A DNA stretch of 25,177 nucleotides from a virus (Duplodnaviria; Caudoviricetes). The position numbers and the translations under genes were made by a program. Each line of letters begins with the position of its first letter. Positions within the stretch are counted from its first letter, which is position 1. Under the pieces are notes generated by a model. That model was not told where the DNA came from, made no database searches, and worked only from the letters and a program-made list of their open reading frames with translations. The DNA lies in the IMG/VR virus record IMGVR_UViG_3300032253_000092, positions 1 through 25,177 of that record, one strand, 5' to 3'. Shown in pieces: positions 5,330 through 14,376 of this stretch.

Positions 5330-7038
5330 TATTGCTGCTCCTGTAAAGTTGGTGATGCAATCAATGCAGCCGATCCAGCTTGTTTTGCTCTTCGTTTAAT
5401 TTCTTCAGCAAAAAACACGGCATCCGATATCAACTTATTTGCGGGTGTCATCGATTTAGGCAAAGACTTAATATTTATAGGGTCAAGGTTTTGATCAAGC
5501 AACAAATCTGTTAAATCAGATACACTTCTATTTTTAACAGGCGTGTGTTTTAGATACGCCCTGGTGACTCGTTTTGCATTCTTTCCAGACCTAGCCAGAT
5601 CATCTGCAAATTTCGTATTGTTCAGCGTGATCCTCTGCGCTGTTTTCTTTGCAAACTGACCAAGAGCCGGAACTGCTACTGCGCCTGTAGCTGCTCCAAC
5701 AGGGCCAAAAACTGAACCGATAGCGCCGCCACCGCCTATACCAATAGACGCGCCTAACATACTTGTTGCTTGGCCTTCAGATATACCGAACTTACCTAAA
5801 AATTTAGCTACATTTGCTGACGTTGTTCCTTGCTCGATTTGGTTTAATGCTTGAATTTCATCTGCAGAAAATCCTCTGCGTCTTTTCTTGTTCTTGAGAA
5901 GCTTTCTAACTTCAATTCTTAGTCCGTTTTCCATGCCGCTGGCTGTGTGACTGGCATTTTCTATAATGTCAGCAATATCACGCGATTTGAAGCCACGCTG
6001 CGCCATGCCTCTGGCTTCTCTAAACTTTCCGCCAATTTGGTCAGACAGACTGTCAATTGCTGTATCAAGCTCATCAACAATAATCGTTCCAATCCTTGCG
6101 TCCGGCGGATCAATGCTTCTGGATGCGTTAGACGCTACTTTTCTTAGCGTTTCAAGATCGCTTGGTGTTTTTGGAATGCCTTTTTCACTAATAAACCTCT
6201 CTATTACGGCTTGAGATTTTGGGGTCAGTGTTTTATCAATCCCTTCTTTAGCTAATTTTTTCTGCAGCCCATCAACAAAGTTATCAAAAACCTTTGGCTT
6301 TACTCTTATTCCTGATTCGTCAAGCGCCTTATATGCATCAGACGCACGCTGCTTAATAACCTTTAAATCTGGTGCGGCTTGAGTGATTGCTTTTGAAACG
6401 CTTGGCGATAGTTTTTGCCCTTTTAATTTAGCTCCCTTGAGACCTTTAACGCCAAGCAATTCTAGTGCAGCCGTCGGCAATGTATGCGCTATTGTTGCTA
6501 ACTCTGGGCTTCCAGTTGCCTCAAGAGTTGCCTCACCTAATACAGTAGATACTCCGCGCTCCTGAACCTCGGATACAGTTTGTGCTGCCTCTTCCAATGT
6601 GCCGCCAGTAGCTAAAGTACCAAGCCCGCCAAGACCAGAAAGCGGCTTTCTAACAATATCAACGCCCTTTCCTACAAGCTCGCCAATATTTTTGAGCTTT
6701 TCTTTTCCAGCCTCGCTTCTTGGGTCAAAAGTTAGCGCATCCTGTACCATTCTAACCGTGTCGGTCGCTGATTGTGAGCCACCAAAAACACCAGAAACAA
6801 TCCCAGAAATACCGGCAATAGGCTCCGCGAGGACACTTGAGCCAATAGACAATAAAGCCTCTCCAAGCCCGCCATCTTGTTTTTTAAGTTGATCCCCTAT
6901 TAGCCCTTCTTCTGTCTTATCCCCAGTTATAGGCAGCACCTCTTCCGCCAAAGCTGGCTCTGAAGAAGCAAACAAGTTTCTGCCACCAGTCGCCAGCTCT
7001 TGTGTCTGTGGTTCAGCAAATAGATTTCTGCCTGCCAT
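5329..7038 (-). CDS. DNA ejection (internal virion) protein, P22 gp16-like position
   Basis: Ala/Gly-rich helical protein with a hydrophobic Gly-rich segment; third of three genes before the tailspike; TAATG coupling. Confidence 0.7.
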   Translation of the reverse strand: MAGRNLFAEPQTQELATGGRNLFASSEPALAEEVLPITGDKTEEGLIGDQLKKQDGGLGEALLSIGSSVLAEPIAGISGIVSGVFGGSQSATDTVRMVQDALTFDPRSEAGKEKLKNIGELVGKGVDIVRKPLSGLGGLGTLATGGTLEEAAQTVSEVQERGVSTVLGEATLEATGSPELATIAHTLPTAALELLGVKGLKGAKLKGQKLSPSVSKAITQAAPDLKVIKQRASDAYKALDESGIRVKPKVFDNFVDGLQKKLAKEGIDKTLTPKSQAVIERFISEKGIPKTPSDLETLRKVASNASRSIDPPDARIGTIIVDELDTAIDSLSDQIGGKFREARGMAQRGFKSRDIADIIENASHTASGMENGLRIEVRKLLKNKKRRRGFSADEIQALNQIEQGTTSANVAKFLGKFGISEGQATSMLGASIGIGGGGAIGSVFGPVGAATGAVAVPALGQFAKKTAQRITLNNTKFADDLARSGKNAKRVTRAYLKHTPVKNRSVSDLTDLLLDQNLDPINIKSLPKSMTPANKLISDAVFFAEEIKRRAKQAGSAALIASPTLQEQQ

Positions 7039-8255
7039 TATTGATTGCCTAGCCGTTGTAAAACTTGTTCTCTAGTCATTTTATTGGCTCTCATTGTTTC
7101 CGCAATATCTTCTTCCGAAACACCTTTTGGCAATATTACAGTTGGCTCATCCTCTAAAACAAATTCTAAAGCCTCTCTGATGTCTTGAGCCGCCGCCTTG
7201 TCGCCTGCCGATTCTGCGGCTCTTATTCCTCGTTGAGCCGATCTGTTGAGAATCTTTAGCGTTTGGTCAAGAAGGCGTTTGTTACCCGCTGTTGATTTGC
7301 CAAATCCGGCCTCAATGCTTGCTAATCTAGCGCCCTCGCGTTCAGTAAATGCAGCACCGAAAGTCGCTCTTAATTGGCTTAATACAGCCTTTCCTAAACG
7401 GCTAGATAATTCAGCCTCGTCTGCACCTTCTACTCCAAATAATTGCTTAGCTTTCAACGAGACCGCATCAACTCCACCTGTTGGTACTTGTCCAATCAAA
7501 TCCAGTGCGCGGCGAATATTGGCTGTTGCATCTGCTGCATCGATACCATTATCAATTTGATTCTGTCGCCTTGCTGCTTGTCCTTTTGATGTAACCTTTA
7601 TTCCCTCTTCTTGGCCTTTCGCCAAAACATCCGCGGCCCGCTCTTCTTCTGGCGTTTCTTTTGAAACCTCAAATCCTTCAGGTATATCAAATTCTGACAA
7701 TTCAGCAATATTCGTGTTTGGGTTGAATGTTGGTGTTACCAGCATCTTTTCTTTAGTATCAGGATTAACCAGAGTTACAGGTGCGAAGGCTCTTGTACTA
7801 ACTCTGCCGGATTCTGGCTGATTGATTCTTTTATCCAGTTCAACAGCTTGAACAGATTTAGCCAGCAAATCATCGGGGTTAGTATCTAATAAAGATAGCG
7901 CCCGCTCTGTGTTGTCGGTTGGCAAGCCTGCCGACTGTAAAGCTGATATCCGGTCATTTAAAGCCGCTCTAACGCCTTCAGTGTTACCAGCCTTTAAGTC
8001 AGGAATAATCTTTGATGAAATAGTGGCAACCGATGAAATAAATCGCTTATCCTGCTCATTGAATTGCTGCTGCGCTGTTGGTACTTGGCTTTGCGCCTGA
8101 GATGCCTGAGCCTCCAACAATTTCTGTTTAATAGGCTCTAAGGCTCTCGCCTCTTCTAGCTGCTGCTGACGGCTTAAACCTAACAATGCGTTGCTATAAG
8201 TTGAGCCAACATCTATATTTTGACCTTGTAATGCAATTAGCGGATTAATAGGCAT
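7038..8255 (-). CDS. DNA ejection protein, P22 gp20-like position
   Basis: Gln/Ala-rich helical protein starting MPINPLIALQG; position in the ejection cluster. Confidence 0.7.
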   Translation of the reverse strand: MPINPLIALQGQNIDVGSTYSNALLGLSRQQQLEEARALEPIKQKLLEAQASQAQSQVPTAQQQFNEQDKRFISSVATISSKIIPDLKAGNTEGVRAALNDRISALQSAGLPTDNTERALSLLDTNPDDLLAKSVQAVELDKRINQPESGRVSTRAFAPVTLVNPDTKEKMLVTPTFNPNTNIAELSEFDIPEGFEVSKETPEEERAADVLAKGQEEGIKVTSKGQAARRQNQIDNGIDAADATANIRRALDLIGQVPTGGVDAVSLKAKQLFGVEGADEAELSSRLGKAVLSQLRATFGAAFTEREGARLASIEAGFGKSTAGNKRLLDQTLKILNRSAQRGIRAAESAGDKAAAQDIREALEFVLEDEPTVILPKGVSEEDIAETMRANKMTREQVLQRLGNQ

Positions 8256-8257
8256 AA

Positions 8258-8929
8258 TTAAAAACTCGGATCGTAGATGAATTGATTTGTTGGAATGCCG
8301 CCCGCTGGTATAGGCGCAGGGCTTGTTGGTGGTCTTTGACCGCCCGCGACAATACCTGCTGTTAATAGGTTATTAACAAGATTAGCGCCGATATTTCCTT
8401 GCGCTATATCGCCAGCCGCTTGATTTGCGCCGCCCGAAGCGATCAGATTAGAAATATCTGAACCAGCGCCAATAGCTGTGTTTGCTTGCGATCTTGAAAC
8501 ACCTGTTCCTATGTTGAGTAAATCGCCAATACTTTGTTTTTGCTGAGCAATCAAAGGAGATGCTGATAATAATACGTTTCTGCTCAATTGCTGCAACGTA
8601 TCACCGGCACTTATCCTGCCTCTTGCAGCCGCCAGATTCATTGTGCCTGTGTTAGCAGCTTCTAATGATGCTTGAAACAGAGGGTTATTCTGCAGAAAAT
8701 CGAACTGCTGCTGAGGATCAGTTAAAAATGGCGCTTTATCTAAACCTGTTAATCCTATTTCACTATAAGGCTCTAAAAATTCAAGCCCTCTTTCCGACCC
8801 TTCTCTGGATGCTTGTAGTGCTGATTGTGTCGCTGCAGCCTGCGCATCTGTCGCATCAGAGGCCGCATCGGATGTAATCAATGCACCAGCAATGCCGCCG
8901 ACTGCGATTCCTGTTCCAACCCAAGACAT
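8258..8929 (-). CDS. DNA ejection protein, P22 gp7-like
   Basis: Hydrophobic Gly/Ala N-terminus followed by Ala/Gln-rich helix; LEPYSEIG and AAARGRISAGDTLQQL resemble gp7-type pilot proteins. Confidence 0.72.
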   Translation of the reverse strand: MSWVGTGIAVGGIAGALITSDAASDATDAQAAATQSALQASREGSERGLEFLEPYSEIGLTGLDKAPFLTDPQQQFDFLQNNPLFQASLEAANTGTMNLAAARGRISAGDTLQQLSRNVLLSASPLIAQQKQSIGDLLNIGTGVSRSQANTAIGAGSDISNLIASGGANQAAGDIAQGNIGANLVNNLLTAGIVAGGQRPPTSPAPIPAGGIPTNQFIYDPSF

Positions 8930-9477
8930 TACTCGCCTCCTTCTTCTAAGCCAATAGAGGCGCAGAACTTGTTGTATTCGTTGTGATCTTTTGCAATCAG
9001 ATTGTTTTCAATAACATCTAAATCAGTTTCATCTGTTCCGTGTATTGCTGTCCAAATAGTATCTTCGTGTGTAAATAAAGCCACTTTAGACCCTGCAGGA
9101 AAAACCGCTGTATATGGGCCTTTGATTCGTCTTGAGCCGTATTCTGTAGTAAATGAAACATCGCCACTTAAAATCATGCATAATCGTGGTAATTTATGAA
9201 GCTTTGACACCATTACAGAGCCTTTCGGTATAAATAACTCACGCGCATAAATGCCTTTAGTATGATAATGCGTTAAAACGCCATTTTCAGGCTGAGACAA
9301 TTCATCAGATAAAGAGCTTTTCATACTCTCTTCTAAATCATCGATAAGCTGACGGGTAATTTTGCGAGACTCTAAATCTTTGGGGTCTACCTGGTTAATA
9401 ATATCATCATTAGACGACCATTCAATTTGCGGTATCAGATAATTTTCTTGAGGTTTTGTCAGTTCGTTCGCGCTCAT
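8929..9477 (-). CDS. Cupin-like phage protein preceding the ejection genes
   Basis: HYHTKGIYARELFIPKGSVMVSKLHK...GSKVALFTHEDTIWTAIH beta-barrel pattern. Confidence 0.7.
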   Translation of the reverse strand: MSANELTKPQENYLIPQIEWSSNDDIINQVDPKDLESRKITRQLIDDLEESMKSSLSDELSQPENGVLTHYHTKGIYARELFIPKGSVMVSKLHKLPRLCMILSGDVSFTTEYGSRRIKGPYTAVFPAGSKVALFTHEDTIWTAIHGTDETDLDVIENNLIAKDHNEYNKFCASIGLEEGGE

Positions 9478-9552
9478 TACTTACCTTGTAGCTGATCGGT
9501 TAATAATGGCGTTCTTGCCTTCCCGAAATAAAGGCATTCGCACTATAAAAAC

Positions 9553-9581
9553 ATTATAAGCAATTAATGCAATAATGTCAT
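9553..9581 (-). promoter_or_regulatory. Sigma70-like promoter upstream of the cupin/ejection/tailspike genes
   Basis: Minus strand ATGACA (9581-9576)-N17-TATAAT (9558-9553) in a 107-bp intergenic gap. Confidence 0.6.
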
Positions 9582-9584
9582 TCA

Positions 9585-9788
9585 CTATGGAGGTGGTGTG
9601 TAAGCCGTGTCAGCATTGCTAATTAATGTTGATATAGTAACATCATCAAGCTTTATATGAAAACTTGAGCCGTCAACCATCTCCACATGATAATCAACAC
9701 CAGCATGCACGTAAATACTGACTATCTGCTCAAGGTTAATATAAACAATTCCATCACCATGATGATTTACTAATTTTGTCAGTGTCAT
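9585..9788 (-). CDS. Hypothetical small beta-rich protein (67 aa)
   Basis: ATGA overlap with the upstream gene; IVYINLEQIVSI pattern. Confidence 0.7.
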   Translation of the reverse strand: MTLTKLVNHHGDGIVYINLEQIVSIYVHAGVDYHVEMVDGSSFHIKLDDVTISTLISNADTAYTPPP

Positions 9789-11077
9789 CGCTGTTCACCC
9801 CACTCGATAACACAATCAGCCGCCGCTGTTGAGGCTGTGCAAGTAACGACAATGTAATCACCACGAACTATAGGAAATTCTATTCTATCTCGATAAGGGT
9901 TATCCACAGATTCACGTTTTGCCGCTTCAACAGGAACAGAGATCACGAACTGTAAACCAGCTAATGTGACTGCTGTTGCTCTGACAGCCGTTGCATCCAT
10001 GTCTGTTGAATCACTTTCCATATACGATCCATTACCTACAGCCTTTAAAGTTTCACCTGTTATTTGTGTAGGGTCTCTTGTTACCCATACTTTAAAAACG
10101 CCTTTCTTAGAGCAATTTAGAGATACCCTAGCAAGCGTAGCTGTTCTTGTATTTGTTTGTGAATTAATTTGAAGCGGGTTATGAACAACAAGAACAGGAG
10201 TGTTAGTAGAAACAGCGACCGACTCAGCATAAGCAGAAGCATAAGCCTCTCTGTCATTTTTTGTTCCATTTTCGGAGGTGATATCAACGCATCCGATATG
10301 CATCTCAGTATTCTCTGTGGTGCGCTCGCATCGAAAATGTGCTGGTAGTGCGGGGTTTTCCATCGACAGGGCAGTTAATGTGCCTAGATTATTGATTGTA
10401 TAAACGAGAACATTATTTATAAAAAACTTGTAATTTCCAACTCCGCGCCATTGGAACTGTATATCATATATATTTCCTTTTTCCACATCAAACCCAGAAA
10501 CAACAGATGTATCAATAACCGCGTCAACCTTGGAAACGCCACCGCTTTCTAACTGAGCGTATAAAAGACCGTCAGATTTTAATGCAAACTGGACCTCATT
10601 TTCGCCATGAATCCCAACCCCCCAGTCTCTGATGCCATCATTTGTCTTATTAGGACACCACAACGCCGTTGAAAATAGATGGCCTCTGTTCGGCTGGTAG
10701 CGCGGGCATTCTCTCGACTCTAAATAAACTACTGTATTCGTCGCATCTGTGATTAATTTCCCAGCACTATCTGTCGATGTAATATTGGTCGAGGTATAGA
10801 CCTGCGTTCCATTCTCATACATAAACCATGCCGCAGGGTCTATATCAAAGGTAAATTTTCCAGAAAAGAGAGAGACAGGAAAAGAAACCTTTTGAATGCC
10901 CCATGCGTCCTCTATTAAATCGCCGGTTCCTAGTGCGCCGTCTATTGATAATGACTCACCGCCATCATCGATAGTAATAGAATTCCCGCCATCTTCGATA
11001 ACAAAAGTCGTGCCAAACTTCTGTTCTACTAATACTGCATCTTTAGCGGTATTTTGTGGTAATAATATAAGACTCAT
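9785..11077 (-). CDS. Putative virion structural protein (beta-sandwich/lectin-like, 430 aa)
   Basis: Beta-rich composition with ESRECPRYQPNRG and YDIQFQWRGVG motifs; lies within the tail gene block. Confidence 0.55.
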   Translation of the reverse strand: MSLILLPQNTAKDAVLVEQKFGTTFVIEDGGNSITIDDGGESLSIDGALGTGDLIEDAWGIQKVSFPVSLFSGKFTFDIDPAAWFMYENGTQVYTSTNITSTDSAGKLITDATNTVVYLESRECPRYQPNRGHLFSTALWCPNKTNDGIRDWGVGIHGENEVQFALKSDGLLYAQLESGGVSKVDAVIDTSVVSGFDVEKGNIYDIQFQWRGVGNYKFFINNVLVYTINNLGTLTALSMENPALPAHFRCERTTENTEMHIGCVDITSENGTKNDREAYASAYAESVAVSTNTPVLVVHNPLQINSQTNTRTATLARVSLNCSKKGVFKVWVTRDPTQITGETLKAVGNGSYMESDSTDMDATAVRATAVTLAGLQFVISVPVEAAKRESVDNPYRDRIEFPIVRGDYIVVTCTASTAAADCVIEWGEQR

Positions 11078-11514
11078 GTTCCTATCCAGACAGATTCGCT
11101 AACAGTTGTATATTGTATTGACATGAATTGCTGGTTCATTATTACGCCAGTGTCACCTAGAATAGTCTCTGTGCCTGCAGGCACAACGGTTGTATCATAC
11201 GTTGCGTCTATAATGGCGATATCAACAGTCTCACCAACATTGGCACTTGGGATTACTGGCAGCGTTATTTGAACCGCTGCAGCGTCTGCATCAACCACAA
11301 TCAACGACCCATAAGCCGTATTATCCAACACTAAATCGCTGCTCGTTATAGTAACAATCTGCTTTCCAGAGACAGAATCGAATGCGCCGCCAGTACGCTG
11401 CCATAATTGAAATAATATCAATCTTTGCTGCTCAAAAAATGAGCGCGTCTCAGGATCATTAAAGAATTTTTCAGGTATTCTGAGTTGCGGGGGTGGATTT
11501 ACTGATGTACTCAT
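11074..11514 (-). CDS. Tail accessory protein at the P22 gp26 (needle) position
   Basis: Follows the gp10-like gene with an ATGA overlap; N-terminal helix FFEQQRLILFQLWQRTGG then a beta-rich domain. Confidence 0.5.
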   Translation of the reverse strand: MSTSVNPPPQLRIPEKFFNDPETRSFFEQQRLILFQLWQRTGGAFDSVSGKQIVTITSSDLVLDNTAYGSLIVVDADAAAVQITLPVIPSANVGETVDIAIIDATYDTTVVPAGTETILGDTGVIMNQQFMSIQYTTVSESVWIGT

Positions 11515-12935
11515 CTTCCAGCCAGCCTCAAATCAATCGCAGCGGAATAAATGTTAACACCAATAGGGTCAGATGTTGTGATTCTAACCACCATGTCATA
11601 AAAGCTTTTCATGCTGTACCATTCAGCCCTGATATTAAACTGTCCTAATCTGCCAATTTTTAACCATGATCCGGTAGACCATGTGCGCCCGCCATCATAG
11701 GACGCTTCTACCATTATTCGAGGATCAGACCCTTGACCAATCAACAAGCCCGTTCCGGTCTCTATAAGGAACTCCATTCGGCTCATCTGAACCCGTTTCC
11801 CTTTAGCGCCGAGAATATCGCTATTAATAGAGCTTATTACCCTGCGTCTTCGCCACGTCTCTCCGGCTTGGTCGTAGCTACCAAAGTCTAGCTCATACAT
11901 CTTCCCATTATCATTATCGCCAATTAGCGTTTTGCCATAAACCTCAAGCACTGATCCGGCATTGTACCGCCCTGATCCAGTCCCTTCTGATAATTGAAAC
12001 CAGCCCTTATCGCCAAGCTCTTCAATTAAGCACCATGTTTTATTGGCAAAAGGAAAAGTCAGCATATAGATGGTTTTATTATCAATGCTAAATACTTCCC
12101 CGAAAGCATCGCCAGTATATGAATAGTCTTTTATTGCGCCTGATACAGCGGACGTACTAACAACTTGCTCTTGTCCGCCTCTTGCTCGATATATCTTGTG
12201 GTCGTGGCCTAACCAATAAACGTAATCACGGGAATTGTTGACAGAATGTATAGCGCCTAGCCCAACATTAATAACCTGTCCTTCGATTCTATCAAATGGC
12301 GGAGTGCCTACGCCTGAGTTGTACCAGTTCTCAACAGATCGTTTCCCAAATCTATACAAAACCTGATCAAATGCGTAATCTCTAACTAAATCGTCTGGGT
12401 TTGTTTCTGCGCCTATGGCGTTTAGGCTTGTTGCTGATCCGCCATCGCCCACATCACTAAAAACAGTTAGCAAAGGAAATGTATAAGCAAATTGATTATT
12501 GATAAATGCAACAGATAAAGCACCAGCGATATCTGGATCAGAGACCGTAGTTACTAGGCCGGTAGCGCTGCTGTATTTGCTAACCGAACCATCTGCAACA
12601 ATGAACATATTTATGCCATCGTCTGCAAAAATACACCTATCTGTGCCGGGAATGACTCCTAAGCTTGATCCATGAGAACCATCAGAAAGAACCTTATATA
12701 AATTCTGATCGATAACCCTATAGTCTACTTCAAGCATTAAATGCTGCCCGCGATCTATACCAGATACGCCAGCATCTAAAAGCGTTTGTCCGGGAAATGA
12801 TTTGATTACATACTGATCCTTTCCCTGCTCCACCAGCTCATGGTAGAAGTTTCTTGTTTCCTGAACAGATAAAGGCCGAGACCTGTCTTGATAAGACGCG
12901 CCGGTTATATTGATAGGCAAGGTTTGAAAAGGCAT
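11511..12935 (-). CDS. Packaged-DNA stabilization / tail hub protein (P22 gp10-like)
   Basis: 474 aa, beta-propeller-like. AETNPDDLV, FGKRSVENWYNSG and SYDGGRTWS motifs as in gp10-family proteins. Confidence 0.85.
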   Translation of the reverse strand: MPFQTLPINITGASYQDRSRPLSVQETRNFYHELVEQGKDQYVIKSFPGQTLLDAGVSGIDRGQHLMLEVDYRVIDQNLYKVLSDGSHGSSLGVIPGTDRCIFADDGINMFIVADGSVSKYSSATGLVTTVSDPDIAGALSVAFINNQFAYTFPLLTVFSDVGDGGSATSLNAIGAETNPDDLVRDYAFDQVLYRFGKRSVENWYNSGVGTPPFDRIEGQVINVGLGAIHSVNNSRDYVYWLGHDHKIYRARGGQEQVVSTSAVSGAIKDYSYTGDAFGEVFSIDNKTIYMLTFPFANKTWCLIEELGDKGWFQLSEGTGSGRYNAGSVLEVYGKTLIGDNDNGKMYELDFGSYDQAGETWRRRRVISSINSDILGAKGKRVQMSRMEFLIETGTGLLIGQGSDPRIMVEASYDGGRTWSTGSWLKIGRLGQFNIRAEWYSMKSFYDMVVRITTSDPIGVNIYSAAIDLRLAGR

Positions 12936-13564
12936 TATGGCGTAGCGCCTTCCATACTCATTACAGGTGCAGGGCCGTATCTACCTATTTTCGAGTCGTT
13001 ATTTGCGCCTTTTATCGCATTGATAAATCTCGCATAATAACCAGCAGCTTCCTCATGCATGTCAGTATGCGTTTTTAGCGCCCACAACGCGCCAAATAAA
13101 TAGATATTAGGATGATTTGTTAGAATCGTATTACTGGTATTTGAAGAAGATAGCGCGGTAAACGATTGAAAATGCTGAATCTCTCCGGTATAAACCTGAT
13201 CAGAAACCCTGTCAAATTCAATTTGATCCGTTACTGTATAAAATAACGGCATTCCGGTAGAGCTTATAAGATTCAATTGTGATGGCGTTCTAAATCGTAA
13301 CTCAACAGATTCTCCATTGACTATCTGAATGCGAATCTTACGCATTGATTTATAACCTGTCGGTAGCGCTACAAATCGATCTGTTATGTTAGTTGAAAAT
13401 GAAGACCGTGTTTCGCCTTCTCTTATTTCAAGTGGATGATCAGGATTTGCATACATCTCAGCCTCTGCAAGATCAATGAAATCATCGATCTTTAAATCCA
13501 TATCATCACGATGAGACCAATCAATAATTGTTGCTTTTAAAGCGTCGTAATCTGCAAAGCTCAT
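12935..13564 (-). CDS. Head-tail adaptor (P22 gp4 / tubular protein A-like)
   Basis: YDALKATIIDWSHRDD...FIDLAEA...NTILTNHPNIYLFGAL motif; lies between the capsid genes and the gp10-like gene. Confidence 0.8.
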   Translation of the reverse strand: MSFADYDALKATIIDWSHRDDMDLKIDDFIDLAEAEMYANPDHPLEIREGETRSSFSTNITDRFVALPTGYKSMRKIRIQIVNGESVELRFRTPSQLNLISSTGMPLFYTVTDQIEFDRVSDQVYTGEIQHFQSFTALSSSNTSNTILTNHPNIYLFGALWALKTHTDMHEEAAGYYARFINAIKGANNDSKIGRYGPAPVMSMEGATP

Positions 13565-13581
13565 GTCTCACCTAAATTAGT

Positions 13582-13601
13582 TAGAGAGCCGAAGCCCTCT
13601 A
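13582..13601 (-). terminator. UUCG-capped hairpin after the capsid gene block (terminator/attenuator, possibly bidirectional)
   Basis: Minus strand TAGAGGGC-TTCG-GCTCTCTA followed by ACTAATTT; the plus strand has T6 after the stem. Confidence 0.6.
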
Positions 13602-13605
13602 TTTT

Positions 13606-13836
13606 TTAATCTTCTTTAACTGGCTCTTCTGTTTCTTCAACAGATTTAACCGGCTTAACCGCTCGCGGCTTTTTTGTTTCCAATGACTCCATCCAGACAT
13701 CACTAAATTGCTCTTTTACTGTAATTGTCTTGCCTGTTACAGAGTGTTTTACTGGTTTAAGTGTAAATTCTTGACCTTCAGTACGCAAAGAACCATAAAT
13801 AAAACCCGTTTTACCTTCTTTTACTTTTACTTTCAT
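13606..13836 (-). CDS. Small hypothetical protein downstream of the capsid genes (76 aa)
   Basis: RBS GGAGAGAG; Lys/Glu-rich tail; typical position. Confidence 0.75.
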   Translation of the reverse strand: MKVKVKEGKTGFIYGSLRTEGQEFTLKPVKHSVTGKTITVKEQFSDVWMESLETKKPRAVKPVKSVEETEEPVKED

Positions 13837-13850
13837 TAACTCTCTCCATT

Positions 13851-13875
13851 CCTCCCCGGCACAATGCCGGAGAGG
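13851..13875 (-). other. GC-rich intergenic hairpin (mRNA stabiliser/processing site)
   Basis: CCTCTCCGGCA-TTG-TGCCGGGGAGG between the cement gene and the next RBS; no U-tract. Confidence 0.55.
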
Positions 13876-13891
13876 TTATTGGTTAGTTTTC

Positions 13892-14365
13892 TTAAGTGAT
13901 TGCGTATCCGTCAGCATAATCGACAGTTGCATCAATCATACTCATTGGAGTCAGATAAGCCGTAATAGTGATAGTCGGTGATGTTCCCGCAAGAGTCGAA
14001 CGAATACCAAGATACTGCTCATCATCACCAGCGCCAGTTGGTGGTATAGGAATTGCAAAGCGATAACCTGCAACCAGCAAATCTGCATCTTGTGCAGGTG
14101 CGCCCGGCGTTCCAGATTCATAGACTCTGCGACCCATTGTCACATAACCAGATGTTTGAGCTGCTACAGATGAGTATTCCACTTCAAAAGTGTAATCTTC
14201 ATCGCCGGTAGTCTGATCTGCTGCAACATCTACAACAAATAAAACCGCCATCGGCTCACCATTACCAATTGAACGAGCTACGCCCAGATCAATCACGTTT
14301 GTTCCTACAGCAGTCGCCGTTAAAGCCTGCGCATCTGCGAATAGAGATTGTGAATCAACATACAT
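13892..14365 (-). CDS. Capsid cement/decoration protein, Bbp16-like
   Basis: MYVDSQSLFADAQALTATAVGTNVIDLG...YLGIRSTLAGT..TITAYL jelly-roll pattern, directly after a BPP-1-type major capsid gene. Confidence 0.82.
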   Translation of the reverse strand: MYVDSQSLFADAQALTATAVGTNVIDLGVARSIGNGEPMAVLFVVDVAADQTTGDEDYTFEVEYSSVAAQTSGYVTMGRRVYESGTPGAPAQDADLLVAGYRFAIPIPPTGAGDDEQYLGIRSTLAGTSPTITITAYLTPMSMIDATVDYADGYAIT

Positions 14366-14376
14366 AATAGTTCTCC

